Shown: piece by piece, positions 54,270 through 64,000 of the stretch
Layout: each line of letters opens with the position of its first letter
Position numbering within the stretch: position 1 is the first letter of the stretch
Assembly (NCBI GenBank): GCA_965206645.1
Contig: CBDBKE010000002.1
Location: 736,001 to 800,000, forward strand
DNA length: 64,000 nt
Origin: Terriglobia bacterium
GTDB taxonomy: Bacteria; Acidobacteriota; Terriglobia; JAJPHL01; JAPKYU01
Reading direction: 5' to 3'
Notes under the pieces: model-generated
The model's input: the letters and a program-made list of their open reading frames with translations, nothing else
Databases searched by the model: none
What the model was told of the DNA's origin: nothing
Translations under genes and position numbers: made by a program

Positions 54270-54551
54270 CTACAGGATTTCGATGGTGGCGTCCACCAGG
54301 TCGCCCCCCAGCAGGTGTTCACTTTCCGCCTGGGCGCCGTGCAGCACCTGGCGGAGGTTGCCTTCGCTGCTGGAAATGGAGGCCACCCCCAGCACTGCAC
54401 GCTGCCAGAGGTCCTGGTGGTCCACTTCCGCCACGGCCACGTTGAACTTGCGGCGCAGCCGGTCCTTGAGCCGCTGGATAACCATTCGCTTCTCTTTCAG
54501 CGAATGCGCATAAGGTAAGTGGATTTCCAGAGTGAGCAGCCCAACGGACAC
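54270..54551 (-). CDS. DUF503 (YlxP-like) protein
   Basis: SLKEKR, KFNVAVAEV and QDLWQR; lies between infB and rbfA. Confidence 0.9.
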   Translation of the reverse strand: MSVGLLTLEIHLPYAHSLKEKRMVIQRLKDRLRRKFNVAVAEVDHQDLWQRAVLGVASISSSEGNLRQVLHGAQAESEHLLGGDLVDATIEIL

Positions 54552-54555
54552 GGCA

Positions 54556-57417
54556 TCAGGCCAGCGCTTCGGCGGCGATCTTTTCGATGACGAAAGCTTC
54601 TACAACGTCGCCCTGTTTGACGTCGGAGTAGTTTTCCAGGGCGACGCCGCACTCGAAGCCGGACTTTACCTCGCTGGCATCATCCTTGAAGCGGCGCAGA
54701 GAAGCGACCTTGCCGGTGTAGACCACCGCGTTATCCCGCAGCAGGCGCACTTCGGCGCCGCGCGTCAGCCGGCCGTCCTGCACATAGCAGCCGGCGATCA
54801 TGCCGATCCCCGTGACGCGGAAGGTCTCCCGGACTTCGGCCCGTCCCAGCGCCACTTCCCGGGTGGTGGGCTCCAGCAGCCCAGTCATCGCCTTCTTGAT
54901 TTCGTCCACGACCTCGTAGATGACGGTGTGCAGGCGGATGTCCACTTTTTCCTGCGTGGCCGTTTCCTGCGCCTTCCGTTCCGGGCGTACACCGAAGCCG
55001 ATGATGACAGCGTTGGAGGCGGAAGCCAGCAGCACGTCGGACTCGGTGATGGCGCCGACGCCGGCGTGGATGATCTTCACCTTGACTTTTTCGGTAGCCA
55101 GCTTGTTCAGCGTCTCGGCCAGCACTTCGGCCGAGCCCCCCACGTCGCCCTTCAGGATCAGGTTCAACTCCTTGACCACGCCGGCCTTCATCTGCTCGTG
55201 GAGCTGGCTTAGAGTCAGGCGAGAGGAGCTGGCCAGCACGGCCTCGCGCGCTTTCTGCTCGCGGTAGAGGGCTGTTTGCTTCGCCTTGAGCAGATCAGGG
55301 ACCACCTGGAGCTGGTCGCCCACCTGCGGCACGCTGCTGAGCCCCAGCACTTCCACCGGTGTGGCGGGAAGCGCTTCCTCCAGCCCGCGACCTTGATCGT
55401 CCACCAGCGCCCGCACCCTGCCGAACACGGAACCGACAATGAAGGGGTCCCCCGCGCGCAGGGTGCCATCTTGCACCAGCACTGTGGCCACCGGGCCGCG
55501 GCCGCGGTCCAGCTCGGCTTCCAGAACCGTGGCCATCCCCCGACGGGTGGGAATCGCCTTCAGTTCCTGCACGTCGGCCACCAGCAGAATCATCTCCAGT
55601 AGCAGGTCCAGGTTCTTGTTCTGCTTGGCAGAGACCTCCACGGTCACTGTCTTGCCGCCCCATTCCTCGGGCATCAGGCCGCGGTCCGACAACTGGCGCT
55701 TCACCCGCTCAGGGCTGGCCTCGGGCTTGTCCACCTTGTTGATGGCCACCACTATCGGCACGTTGGCCGCGCGGGCGTGGTCCACCGCTTCCAACGTCTG
55801 GGGCATCACCCCGTCATCGGCCGCCACCACCAGCACGACGATGTCGGTGACCTTCGAACCACGCGCCCGCATCCGCGTGAATGCCTCGTGGCCGGGAGTG
55901 TCAATGAAGGTGATCCGGCGGTTGTTGATTTCCACCTGGTAGGCACCGATGTGCTGGGTAATGCCGCCAGCCTCCTGCTCGCTGACGCGGGTCTGCCGGA
56001 TCACGTCCAACAGCGAGGTCTTCCCATGGTCCACGTGGCCCATGATGGTAACCACCGGCGGGCGTGGCACCCGCTCGCCGGCCTCTGCTTCGCTTTCCGG
56101 CTTGACCGCCTCCAGGGTTTCTTCCTCGAAGCTGATGACGCGAGCCTCGGCCCCAAAATCCCGGGCCACCTCAGTGGCCACCTGCGCGTCCAGCGTCTGG
56201 TTAATAGTCGCGAAAATTCCGCGGCTGATCAGCCGTTGCATCAAGTCCTTAGCCTTGATCTCCAGTTTCTCCGTTAGGTCTTTGACCGAGATGCCTTCGA
56301 CGATGGCGATTTCGCGGCTGATGGGCAGCGGCGTGAATGCTGCCGGTGCCTGGCGCGGCGGGCCGCCGCGTTGCCGCCCTTCTCGATCCCGGACAGGAAT
56401 GGGACTCCGGGTGGGACGCGGACGTTCGCCAACACCGGGCGCAGCGCCCGCACCGCCGGGACGCGTTCGCGTCGGGTGCATGGGGCGCCGCTCATAGCGA
56501 CCCGGAGGCACCGAGAGCCCCGGCACGGTCCGAGGCATCCCGCCTGGACGCCCCACCCCACCAGCAGCCGACCCGCTCACACCCTCGCGCGGCGGCCCAG
56601 CCCGCCTCCGAACTCCTGGAGGCGGCTGATAGATCGGCTGCCCTGGAGCCAGCGCCCGGGGCGACCCAGGACGCACCGGGGGTGACACCACGGCTGGGGG
56701 CGGCAGACCACCGGGGCGACTCACCGGGCCCGGCACGCCGGGACGCGGCGTGCCCATCGGACCCTGCACCCCCAACCGCGGGACGTGTGGGGCAGGCGTT
56801 TGAACCTGAGGCCCGGCTTCGGCCGGAGCAGTGAGAGGCGAACTCGGGGCGGCTGGCATGACCTCTACCACGGGAGGTGCCTCCGTCGATGGTGGAGGGG
56901 AAGCGGCAGTACCCATTTTCGGCGCTCCCGCGGGTGGCAGTGGCTGGGGCGCCGTCCGGCGAATCGGAGGGCGCAAAACGGTGCGCGCTCCCCCCGCCGA
57001 AAACTGTCTCGGCACCAGCGGGGTTCCCAACTGAGGCCGAGGTTCGCCGCGGACAGATGGGCTCGCCACCGGTCCAGAAATGTGCCCCGCTGCTGTTGGA
57101 GCGGGCCGCGATTCCGGAGGCGGCGCGGAAACAGGACTCTCGCCCCGCACTGCAACGGCTTCAGGCGCAGCCGGTTTGGAAGGCAATGCGGCAGGCGGCG
57201 CGGGAGCAGATACCGCCGTTTCGCCAGTCACTACTTCCTTCTCCCCGCCGGACGCTGCAGCGGGTGTGCCAGCAAAGTGCTGGCGCACCTTCTCCGCAAT
57301 CTCTTCGCTGATAGAACTGGAGTGGGACTGTTTGTCGGTGATCCCGAGGGTGGGTAGGAAGTCGAGGATCGCCTTCGCCTTCACCTCTAGTTTTCGGGCT
57401 AATTCGTTAATCCGCAT
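54556..57417 (-). CDS. infB: Translation initiation factor IF-2
   Basis: [27 protein letters not shown] and GFECG; Pro-rich N-terminal linker. Confidence 0.97.
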   Translation of the reverse strand: MRINELARKLEVKAKAILDFLPTLGITDKQSHSSSISEEIAEKVRQHFAGTPAAASGGEKEVVTGETAVSAPAPPAALPSKPAAPEAVAVRGESPVSAPPPESRPAPTAAGHISGPVASPSVRGEPRPQLGTPLVPRQFSAGGARTVLRPPIRRTAPQPLPPAGAPKMGTAASPPPSTEAPPVVEVMPAAPSSPLTAPAEAGPQVQTPAPHVPRLGVQGPMGTPRPGVPGPVSRPGGLPPPAVVSPPVRPGSPRALAPGQPIYQPPPGVRRRAGPPREGVSGSAAGGVGRPGGMPRTVPGLSVPPGRYERRPMHPTRTRPGGAGAAPGVGERPRPTRSPIPVRDREGRQRGGPPRQAPAAFTPLPISREIAIVEGISVKDLTEKLEIKAKDLMQRLISRGIFATINQTLDAQVATEVARDFGAEARVISFEEETLEAVKPESEAEAGERVPRPPVVTIMGHVDHGKTSLLDVIRQTRVSEQEAGGITQHIGAYQVEINNRRITFIDTPGHEAFTRMRARGSKVTDIVVLVVAADDGVMPQTLEAVDHARAANVPIVVAINKVDKPEASPERVKRQLSDRGLMPEEWGGKTVTVEVSAKQNKNLDLLLEMILLVADVQELKAIPTRRGMATVLEAELDRGRGPVATVLVQDGTLRAGDPFIVGSVFGRVRALVDDQGRGLEEALPATPVEVLGLSSVPQVGDQLQVVPDLLKAKQTALYREQKAREAVLASSSRLTLSQLHEQMKAGVVKELNLILKGDVGGSAEVLAETLNKLATEKVKVKIIHAGVGAITESDVLLASASNAVIIGFGVRPERKAQETATQEKVDIRLHTVIYEVVDEIKKAMTGLLEPTTREVALGRAEVRETFRVTGIGMIAGCYVQDGRLTRGAEVRLLRDNAVVYTGKVASLRRFKDDASEVKSGFECGVALENYSDVKQGDVVEAFVIEKIAAEALA

Positions 57418-57449
57418 GCGAACCCATTACCTATTTGCCGCGATCCGTC

Positions 57450-59024
57450 TCACTTTTCGGGCGCTCCCGCCTCATCGTCGCTGTTGCTCGTGCCGGAACC
57501 TTCCAGCCCGGGTTGTTCGAGTGATTCAGCTGCCGGGTGGTCGTCCTCCTGAGCTACACGCTCCGGCGACTCTTGCGCCGCCTCTCCGCCCTGGGCAGGG
57601 ACCGCGTGCTCCTCAGCGGTTAGGTCCGGCATTGCCCGCGCCTCAGAATCTGGCTGGGCGGGTTCGGCCTGCGTTTCGACAAGTTCTTCCGCAGTCGCTT
57701 CGGCCGGCTCGGTGTCCCCGTTGGCTTCCGCCAACTCGACGCTTTCCGCGACTTCTGTCGCCTCCTCGGTTCCTTCCCAGTAATTCTGCACGGCAGCACA
57801 GATTTTTTCTACCATTTTCGGACCGATGCCGGGAATCTCCTGCAACTGCTCGGGCGTCATAGAACCGAGCCGCTCGATGGTCGGGATCTCGTACTGGATG
57901 AGCTTTTCGCGGAGGCGCTCACTGAGCGCGACGAGCTGGGCCAGCGGCGTGCCGCCGACCAATTGTCCCATCTGCCACTCCACTTCCTGGCGCTTCTCCT
58001 CCTCGCTCTTGATGTCAATCCTACAGCCCATCAGCTTGGCCGCGAGACGCACGTTCTGGCCTTTCCTGCCGATGGCCAACGAGAGCTGCGTGTCGTCCAC
58101 GATCACTTCCAGATGCTTCGCGACCGGGTCCAGGACCGTCACTCGGCTGACTTTGGCAGGCTGCAAGGCTTTGGTGGCGAAGACCACCTGGTCCTCGGAA
58201 TGCTCCACGATGTCAATCTTCTCCCCCCGCAACTCGCGGCGGACCGACTCCACCCGCATCCCTTTCATCCCCACGCAGGCGCCGGTGGGGTCCACGTTGC
58301 GGTCGTGGCTGATCACCGCGATCTTCGTGCGCTCCCCAGCCTCCCGCGCGCAGGCTTTGATCACCACCGTGTTGTCGTAAATTTCCGGCACTTCCTGCGC
58401 GAACAGCCGGGTCACGAGTTCGGGTGCGCCGCGGGAAACGATCACCTGTGGGCCCTTCAAGGATTTCTCCACCTTGACGATGATCGCTCGCAAGCGATCG
58501 CTGGGCGAGAACTGTTCCAGGCGCGACTGCTCGCGGCGCGGCAACCGGGCTTCGGCCTTACCAATGTCCACGATCAAGTCCGGCCCCTCGATCCGTTTGA
58601 CGCTGCAGTTGACCAGCTCACCCACGCGCCCGCTGTACTCGTTGTAGACGGTGTCACGTTCCGCCTCTCGCACTTTCTGGCAAATGACCTGCTTGGCCGT
58701 CTGGGCGGCGATCCGACCCAGCACGTCGGTGGGCTTCTTGATCCGCACCTCGCCGTCCAGTTCCACATTGGGGTCTATGGATCGGCCCTCCTCCAGGGAG
58801 ATTTCCGTCAGTGGGGTGGTCACCGTCTCGACAGCCTTGCGGATGGCGAAAACTTCGACCTCTCCAGTTTCCTTGTTGAACTCAGCCTTCAGGTCCTCGC
58901 CGGACTTGTAATACTTGCGAGTCGCCACTGCCATGGCGTCCTCGATGGCGTCGACGATGATCTCCGGATCAATCCCCTTCTCCCGGCTGAGCTGGTCAAT
59001 GGTCTGGTACAGTAGCGATGCCAT
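57450..59024 (-). CDS. nusA: Transcription termination factor NusA
   Basis: GRIAAQTAKQ, AREAGERTKIAV and LAIGRKGQNVRLA; C-terminal HhH and acidic tail. Confidence 0.96.
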   Translation of the reverse strand: MASLLYQTIDQLSREKGIDPEIIVDAIEDAMAVATRKYYKSGEDLKAEFNKETGEVEVFAIRKAVETVTTPLTEISLEEGRSIDPNVELDGEVRIKKPTDVLGRIAAQTAKQVICQKVREAERDTVYNEYSGRVGELVNCSVKRIEGPDLIVDIGKAEARLPRREQSRLEQFSPSDRLRAIIVKVEKSLKGPQVIVSRGAPELVTRLFAQEVPEIYDNTVVIKACAREAGERTKIAVISHDRNVDPTGACVGMKGMRVESVRRELRGEKIDIVEHSEDQVVFATKALQPAKVSRVTVLDPVAKHLEVIVDDTQLSLAIGRKGQNVRLAAKLMGCRIDIKSEEEKRQEVEWQMGQLVGGTPLAQLVALSERLREKLIQYEIPTIERLGSMTPEQLQEIPGIGPKMVEKICAAVQNYWEGTEEATEVAESVELAEANGDTEPAEATAEELVETQAEPAQPDSEARAMPDLTAEEHAVPAQGGEAAQESPERVAQEDDHPAAESLEQPGLEGSGTSNSDDEAGAPEK

Positions 59025-59051
59025 AAGGCTTCCCCGTTGTCGTGCGGCGAA

Positions 59052-59522
59052 TCAGGACTTCCACTCAAAGACCAAATTCGCCCGCTCGACGTTGTCGTAT
59101 TCCACCGAAACGCACTCGCCCTGGGCCAGCGTAAGGGCGAGGACTCCGTTTTCCAGCCCGTTCAACCGCCCCACCAACTGCCGCTGCGTCCCCAGGGGCT
59201 CCTTCAACCGGAGTCGCACTTTGCTCCCGGCAAAGCGCGCGTAATCGGACGGACGATTCAGCCGCCGCTCCACTCCGGGCGAGGAGACTTCCAGGGTGTA
59301 GCTGGTGGGGATTAAATCCTCCACGTCCAGGATGGCTCCTACTTGCTTGCTGATCAGTTCACAGTCGCGATGGGTGACGCCCCCGGGCTTGTCAATGAAG
59401 ATACGCAACAGACTCCGCGGCCCTTTGCCGCGCAACTCAACGTCCACCACCTCCATCCTCTCGGAGGTAGCCACTCGCTCCACAATTCCCCGAATTCGCA
59501 CAAATACCACCTGGTCCGGCAT
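59052..59522 (-). CDS. rimP: Ribosome maturation factor RimP
   Basis: LRIFIDKPGGVTHRDC and YTLEVSSPGVERRL. Confidence 0.95.
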   Translation of the reverse strand: MPDQVVFVRIRGIVERVATSERMEVVDVELRGKGPRSLLRIFIDKPGGVTHRDCELISKQVGAILDVEDLIPTSYTLEVSSPGVERRLNRPSDYARFAGSKVRLRLKEPLGTQRQLVGRLNGLENGVLALTLAQGECVSVEYDNVERANLVFEWKS

Positions 59523-59535
59523 TTCCCAGCGCAAC

Positions 59536-59575
59536 CAAAAAAACCAACAAAAAAGTGGGCTCGCGCCCACTCTCT
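59536..59575 (-). promoter_or_regulatory. rimP leader hairpin / attenuator
   Basis: Minus-strand AGTGGGC-GCGA-GCCCACT followed by TTTTTGTTGGTTTTTTT, between the promoter and rimP. Confidence 0.75.
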
Positions 59576-59608
59576 CCTGCGACCCACTACCTGCCAGGGC
59601 TAGCTCTT

Positions 59609-59637
59609 AGAATACCGCGGATTCTGCGGAAAATCAA
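59609..59637 (-). promoter_or_regulatory. Sigma-70 promoter of the rimP operon
   Basis: TTGATT-N17-TATTCT. Confidence 0.65.
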
Positions 59638-59768
59638 GCCACGGTTCGGCTTGCCGCGGCGGCCCCGGGGTTCATAGAGCACTCCCACCGGGATGGCCTG
59701 GATGCGGTATTCTAAAAGCTAGCCCTGGCTTCTGTCGGTTGATTGGAGGCGCCGATGGGGAGATCCGC

Positions 59769-60818
59769 CTACACGTTCACCTTGAAAGCGATCACCAGGA
59801 TTGCCGCCACGATCAAAGCCATGCCGATGATGAAACCTCGAATCGTGTTGGCGCTGGCGCCTTTCCATTCTCCCACCAGCCAACCAAACAGGTTGCCAAA
59901 AAACACGGTCCCGCCAGCGAAGAGCGCGAAGGATATGGACGGCCCCATAGCGCTGCCCAGTTTGACCGCACTCGAGTTGTACAGCAAAAGCCCGCCATAC
60001 CACAGGACGGCCATCGCCACCGCCAGTGAGAAATTCCGAAACAAGACGCGCCTGTTCCGAAAGGCGCCCCAAGTCCGGTTCCGGTTCAGTTTATAAATCG
60101 AATACACAACCCCAGGGAACATCCCGGCATTGAAGGTGACCAGAAGGGCAGCAAACTCGGCGAAGGTTTGCGAAGAAGCGCCCGCCTGCAAGGCATTTTC
60201 CACCAGTCCACTGCTCGACTTCGAGCCGTAGATGAATGCCGTGCCGAGCGGCCCGCTGGAAAGGCAGATCACCAGGCCGGTTCGAAAGCTCCCTCTCACC
60301 ACTTGCCCACCCGCCTCTTTTCCTGCCGTTTTTCCGGCGGTCTCCCGTTCTTTGCGCACTCCGAATTTTCCGTACATGTAAATCCCGGCCAGGATCAGGG
60401 CTACGCCAAGGAAAAAATAAAAGACAGCATCGGTGGAAACTTTGCCGCGAGCGTAGACGATCATCGGTCCGAGAGTTCCTGCCGTGACTGAAGTACTGGC
60501 CGTCACAGCAGCCCCGATGGCTATGCCCACCATGCCAAGCCCCAACCCATACAAGACCTGGGCCACACCCCAAGCAAGGCCCGCAATCAGGCCGGGAAGC
60601 AGGTAGCTGAAAGGGCTCTCCCACAAAACTCCGATCAGGTTCGGTACTGCCAGAAGCGCTGCCACCCACGGCAGAACACCAGTGGAAAGGATCGTGAAAA
60701 TGATCCAGGTGTTCTCCCATTTCCATTCCCGCGTGTAGCGCATCGGGAGAAAGAAGACACCATTCACCAGACCCGCCAGCAGGCCCAAGACTAAACCAGC
60801 TAGAAATTGTTCTTCCAT
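59769..60818 (-). CDS. RhaT-like (L-rhamnose/proton symporter family) DMT transporter
   Basis: NGVFFLPMRYTREWKWENTW, about 10 TM segments, GEWKGA. Confidence 0.8.
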   Translation of the reverse strand: MEEQFLAGLVLGLLAGLVNGVFFLPMRYTREWKWENTWIIFTILSTGVLPWVAALLAVPNLIGVLWESPFSYLLPGLIAGLAWGVAQVLYGLGLGMVGIAIGAAVTASTSVTAGTLGPMIVYARGKVSTDAVFYFFLGVALILAGIYMYGKFGVRKERETAGKTAGKEAGGQVVRGSFRTGLVICLSSGPLGTAFIYGSKSSSGLVENALQAGASSQTFAEFAALLVTFNAGMFPGVVYSIYKLNRNRTWGAFRNRRVLFRNFSLAVAMAVLWYGGLLLYNSSAVKLGSAMGPSISFALFAGGTVFFGNLFGWLVGEWKGASANTIRGFIIGMALIVAAILVIAFKVNV

Positions 60819-61073
60819 AGCTGCGACCGTGAGCTACGAGCCTGAGCTGCGAGCCCGCTTCACTGCACCGCCCGGCACCTCAAGTTACTGGCGTTGCTCC
60901 TGGCTCGCCTGCACTTGTTGTTGCACCCAATTTGCTGCACTCAATGGTACAGACCAACGCAGCGGAGGTTTCTTCCAATCCGCCGGCGGGGCTTGAAATT
61001 GTCTCAACAATTGTCTCAACAGCAGTTCACGCTTCATAATACAGTGTGCCAGGAAGAGAGGTGAGAGGGAACG

Positions 61074-61631
61074 ATGTCGATCTGGAAGTTTCTCGGACTG
61101 GAAAAGCAAGAGCTGGAGAAGGAGGACCTGCGGGAACCTTCTTCCCCAGAGACGGAAACCGTGCGCAAGATCGTCGACGCTCTGGACCATATGGAGCAGG
61201 AGCGGGCCAGGTACGTTGCTGCCTTTGCGTACCTGCTAAGCCGTGTGGCCCACGCGGACATGCACATCAGCCAGGAGGAGACGCGCCAAATGGAGCGGAC
61301 CGTCATGGAACGGAGCGGCCTCCCCGAGGAGCAGGCGATCCTGGTGGTGCAAATGGCCAAGACCCAGAGCCGGTTGTTTGGGGGCACCGAGAATTTCCTG
61401 GTCACCCGGGAGTTCCACAAAATCGCCACCTACGAGCAGAAGATCGGTTTGCTACATTGTCTCTACGCCGTTTCTTCCGCGGACAAGTCCATTTCCACAA
61501 AGGAAGATCACGAGATCCGCAGCATCTCAAGCGAGCTTAAGCTCAGCCACCGGGACTTCATTGGCGTACGCTTGGCCTACCGGGACCATCTGGCCGTGCT
61601 GAAGAAGCCGTCACCCCGGCGTCGGAGCTAG
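61074..61631 (+). CDS. TerB-family protein
   Basis: RVAHADMHISQEE and AVSSAD..IS.KE internal repeats. Confidence 0.8.
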   Translation: MSIWKFLGLEKQELEKEDLREPSSPETETVRKIVDALDHMEQERARYVAAFAYLLSRVAHADMHISQEETRQMERTVMERSGLPEEQAILVVQMAKTQSRLFGGTENFLVTREFHKIATYEQKIGLLHCLYAVSSADKSISTKEDHEIRSISSELKLSHRDFIGVRLAYRDHLAVLKKPSPRRRS

Positions 61632-61764
61632 GACAACCCATAGACAAGCCGCGTCGGCATCCAGAATCCTGATCCGAGCGACCCATCAATCTCCTAGGAC
61701 ATATGTGGCGCGACCATTTTCGAGCTGGGCCAGGTCGTCAGTGGCGAGAGCCCAGTGGCGAGAG

Positions 61765-61935
61765 CGAGGAGGCCATGCTCTTTACCCACCGGGCCCGGGC
61801 TGGGACCGCGGTTGGGTCTTTACAGTTCTCGTTGACCAATATCATGGTGCTCTACTACGATTGGCAGGTTTTGCGTCGGGAATCGAAGGAAACCTGGGTG
61901 GCCGACCTGCAAGGAACGGACCGCTTCAGGACGCG
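61765..61935 (+). pseudogene. Degraded ECF sigma factor region-2 remnant
   Basis: FTVLVDQYHGALLRLA in one frame and ETWVADLQGTDRF in another. Confidence 0.5.
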
Positions 61936-61952
61936 GCCCGTGGAGAGCGAGA

Positions 61953-63290
61953 ATGGAACAATCTCAAGGTGTCTGCGCCAGCCTGGAGGATCTGCTTCGC
62001 TCGATTGCCGAGGCTCGTTCTCTGACTGACAAGCTGTTCTCTATGGTCAGACCCGAGAGCCTGTACGAGCGAACGATCTCCGAGCGCCATCGCATCATCT
62101 TTTACCTCGGGCACCTGGAGGTCTTCGACTGGAACCTGCTGGGGATCCGCGCTCTGGGTCTCAATTCCTTTCACAAGGACTTTGACCAGCTCTTCGCCTT
62201 CGGAATCGATCCGGTGGACCGCGGCTTGCCAACCGATCTCCCCTCGGACTGGCCATCAGCGGAGCAGGTCCGCGCCTATAACCAGCAGGCCCGTCGAATG
62301 CTGGACGCTGCCTTGGAGAAGATCTCCGTCTCGGGGAGCGACCAGCCCTTGCTCCGGGACGGCCTGGGCCTTCACGTGGCCCGCGAACATCGCCTGATGC
62401 ACACCGAGACGTTGGCGTATATGTTCCATCAGTTGCCGGCTGAGCACAAAGTGCGGCAGCAAACTCCGCCGGCGCCAGCGGCGCGTCCGATGACGCCACG
62501 GATGGCGGAGATTCCCGCCGGCACGGCCACCCTGGGGCTGCCGCGCCGCGGCGGCGGCCTCTTTGGTTGGGATAACGAGTTCGAGGAGTACCGGGTCAGC
62601 GTCGCCGGATTTGCCATGGATGTCCACAAGGTGACCAACGGGCAGTACCTGGAGTTCATGGCCGCCGGTGGATACCAGGAGCGAACTCTATGGAGCGAGC
62701 CTGATTGGGAATGGAGGGAAAAGCAGGGCATTCACCATCCGACATTTTGGGCCCGCCGCGGCGAGCGGTGGTTCTACCGCGGCATGTTCGAGGAGATTCC
62801 CCTGCCGCTCGATTGGCCAGTGTATGTGAGCCATGCCGAAGCCAGCGCCTACGCCCGTTGGATAGGTAAGTCGCTACCGACCGAGGCACAGTGGCATCGG
62901 GCGGCAACGGGTGCCCCGGATGGGTCCGAGCGCGCCTATCCCTGGGGCGATCGGCTTCCGGAGACTCGCCATGGCAACTTCAATTCTGATCGCGGGGAGC
63001 CGGCCCCGGTAGGTGCCTATCCCTCGGGGACCAGCGCCTTTGGCGTCGCCGACTTGCTCGGCAACGGGTGGGAGTGGACCTCGACGCTGTTCAGCCCCTT
63101 TCCGGGCTTCCAACCCTTTCCCTTCTACCCGGGTTACTCGGCCAACTTCTTTGACGGCAAGCACTACGTCCTGAAAGGAGGATCGCCTCGGACGGCACCC
63201 TGTCTGTTGCGCCGATCCTTCCGAAACTGGTTCCAGCCCCACTACCAATACATGTATGCGGGCTTTCGCTGCGCCCGGGATGGCGCCTGA
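61953..63290 (+). CDS. egtB: Non-heme iron sulfoxide synthase (DinB-like + FGE-sulfatase domains), EgtB/OvoA family
   Basis: RHRIIFYLGH, EHRLMHTE, FGWDNE, LPTEAQW, GNGWEWT, RNWFQP and GFRC; followed by egtD. Confidence 0.88.
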   Translation: MEQSQGVCASLEDLLRSIAEARSLTDKLFSMVRPESLYERTISERHRIIFYLGHLEVFDWNLLGIRALGLNSFHKDFDQLFAFGIDPVDRGLPTDLPSDWPSAEQVRAYNQQARRMLDAALEKISVSGSDQPLLRDGLGLHVAREHRLMHTETLAYMFHQLPAEHKVRQQTPPAPAARPMTPRMAEIPAGTATLGLPRRGGGLFGWDNEFEEYRVSVAGFAMDVHKVTNGQYLEFMAAGGYQERTLWSEPDWEWREKQGIHHPTFWARRGERWFYRGMFEEIPLPLDWPVYVSHAEASAYARWIGKSLPTEAQWHRAATGAPDGSERAYPWGDRLPETRHGNFNSDRGEPAPVGAYPSGTSAFGVADLLGNGWEWTSTLFSPFPGFQPFPFYPGYSANFFDGKHYVLKGGSPRTAPCLLRRSFRNWFQPHYQYMYAGFRCARDGA

Positions 63291-63301
63291 GAGGTTGGGA
63301 A

Positions 63302-64000
63302 ATGTTGACCGAAGCGATCAGCTCCCATCCGGTACCCGATCTGGCGCAAGACGTGGTTGCGGGCCTGTCGGAACCGGGCCAGAAAGAGCTTCCCTCCAAG
63401 TACCTGTACGACGATGTGGGCAGCGCGCTGTTTGAGGTGATCTGCCTGCTGCCGGAATATGGCGTCACGCGCGCCGACGAGCGCGTGCTCCGCGCCCACG
63501 CCGAGGCGATCGTCGAGCGGCTCCCCTCACCAGTGGTGGCGGCGGAATTGGGCAGCGGCAGCGGCAAGAAAACGCGCTGGATCCTGGAAGCGCTCGCCCG
63601 AAGGAGCCACACCGCTTATTATCCCATCGAGATCTCCGCCGCGGCCCTGGCCATGTGCCAGCGCGAATTGGGCCAGGTTGAGTCCGTGAGCATTGTGGGC
63701 CTCGAACGGGAATATCTCGACGGCCTGCTGGAGGTGGCCGCGCGCCGCGCCGACGGACATCATCTGTTGGTGTTATTCCTGGGAAGCACGATCGGCAACT
63801 TCGATCGTGTGGCGGCGATCGAGTTCCTGCGGCAGGTTCGTCGGACCCTGTTGCCCGGGGATTCGTTGTTGATGGGAACGGATCTAGAAAAGCCCGTTCC
63901 CCAACTGGAGTTGGCCTATGCCGACCCACTCGGCGTCACAGCGGCCTTCAACCTGAACCTGCTCGTCCGCCTGAACCGGGAGCTGGACGCGGACTTTGAC
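63302..64000 (+). CDS. egtD: L-histidine N-alpha-methyltransferase (partial, runs off the window)
   Basis: QKELPSKYLYDDVGSALFEVIC.LPEY, ELGSGSGKKT, FLGSTIGNF and AYADPLGVTAAFNLN. Confidence 0.95.
   Translation, partial: MLTEAISSHPVPDLAQDVVAGLSEPGQKELPSKYLYDDVGSALFEVICLLPEYGVTRADERVLRAHAEAIVERLPSPVVAAELGSGSGKKTRWILEALARRSHTAYYPIEISAAALAMCQRELGQVESVSIVGLEREYLDGLLEVAARRADGHHLLVLFLGSTIGNFDRVAAIEFLRQVRRTLLPGDSLLMGTDLEKPVPQLELAYADPLGVTAAFNLNLLVRLNRELDADFD

Noticed and set aside
25473-64000. Selenoneine (senABC) gene cluster
   Set aside because: selD and egtB are about 35 kb apart and no SenB-like glycosyltransferase is in the window; selD is explained by the Sec trait

Overview
GC-rich bacterial chromosomal window, probably Acidobacteriota (inferred from the Oar-like TonB receptor, the TIGR03437-like IPT protein, the futalosine pathway and gene style). 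It is mostly housekeeping: mqnE/ubiA, typA, uppS-cdsA-dxr-rseP, purC-cvpA, smc, nfeD-stomatin-SPOR-lipA-lnt-prfB, rimP-nusA-infB-rbfA-hutU-ftcD and egtB-egtD. Two accessory blocks interrupt it: a sigma-54 module (about 12.1-16.4 kb) and a decayed IS21/aquaporin/IS1380 block (about 18.6-25.4 kb). The ORF track misses several things: two UGA-recoded selenoproteins with matching SECIS-like hairpins (SelD and an OsmC-like protein), the prfB +1 frameshift, three small ORFs and several pseudogenes. Other points of interest are a urocanase with many substitutions at normally invariant residues, an OvoA-like sulfoxide synthase paired with EgtD, and tandem duplications of stop-codon regions that place stops in all three frames. 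No rRNA, tRNA or CRISPR array was recognised. All calls come from reading motifs by eye; no searches were run.
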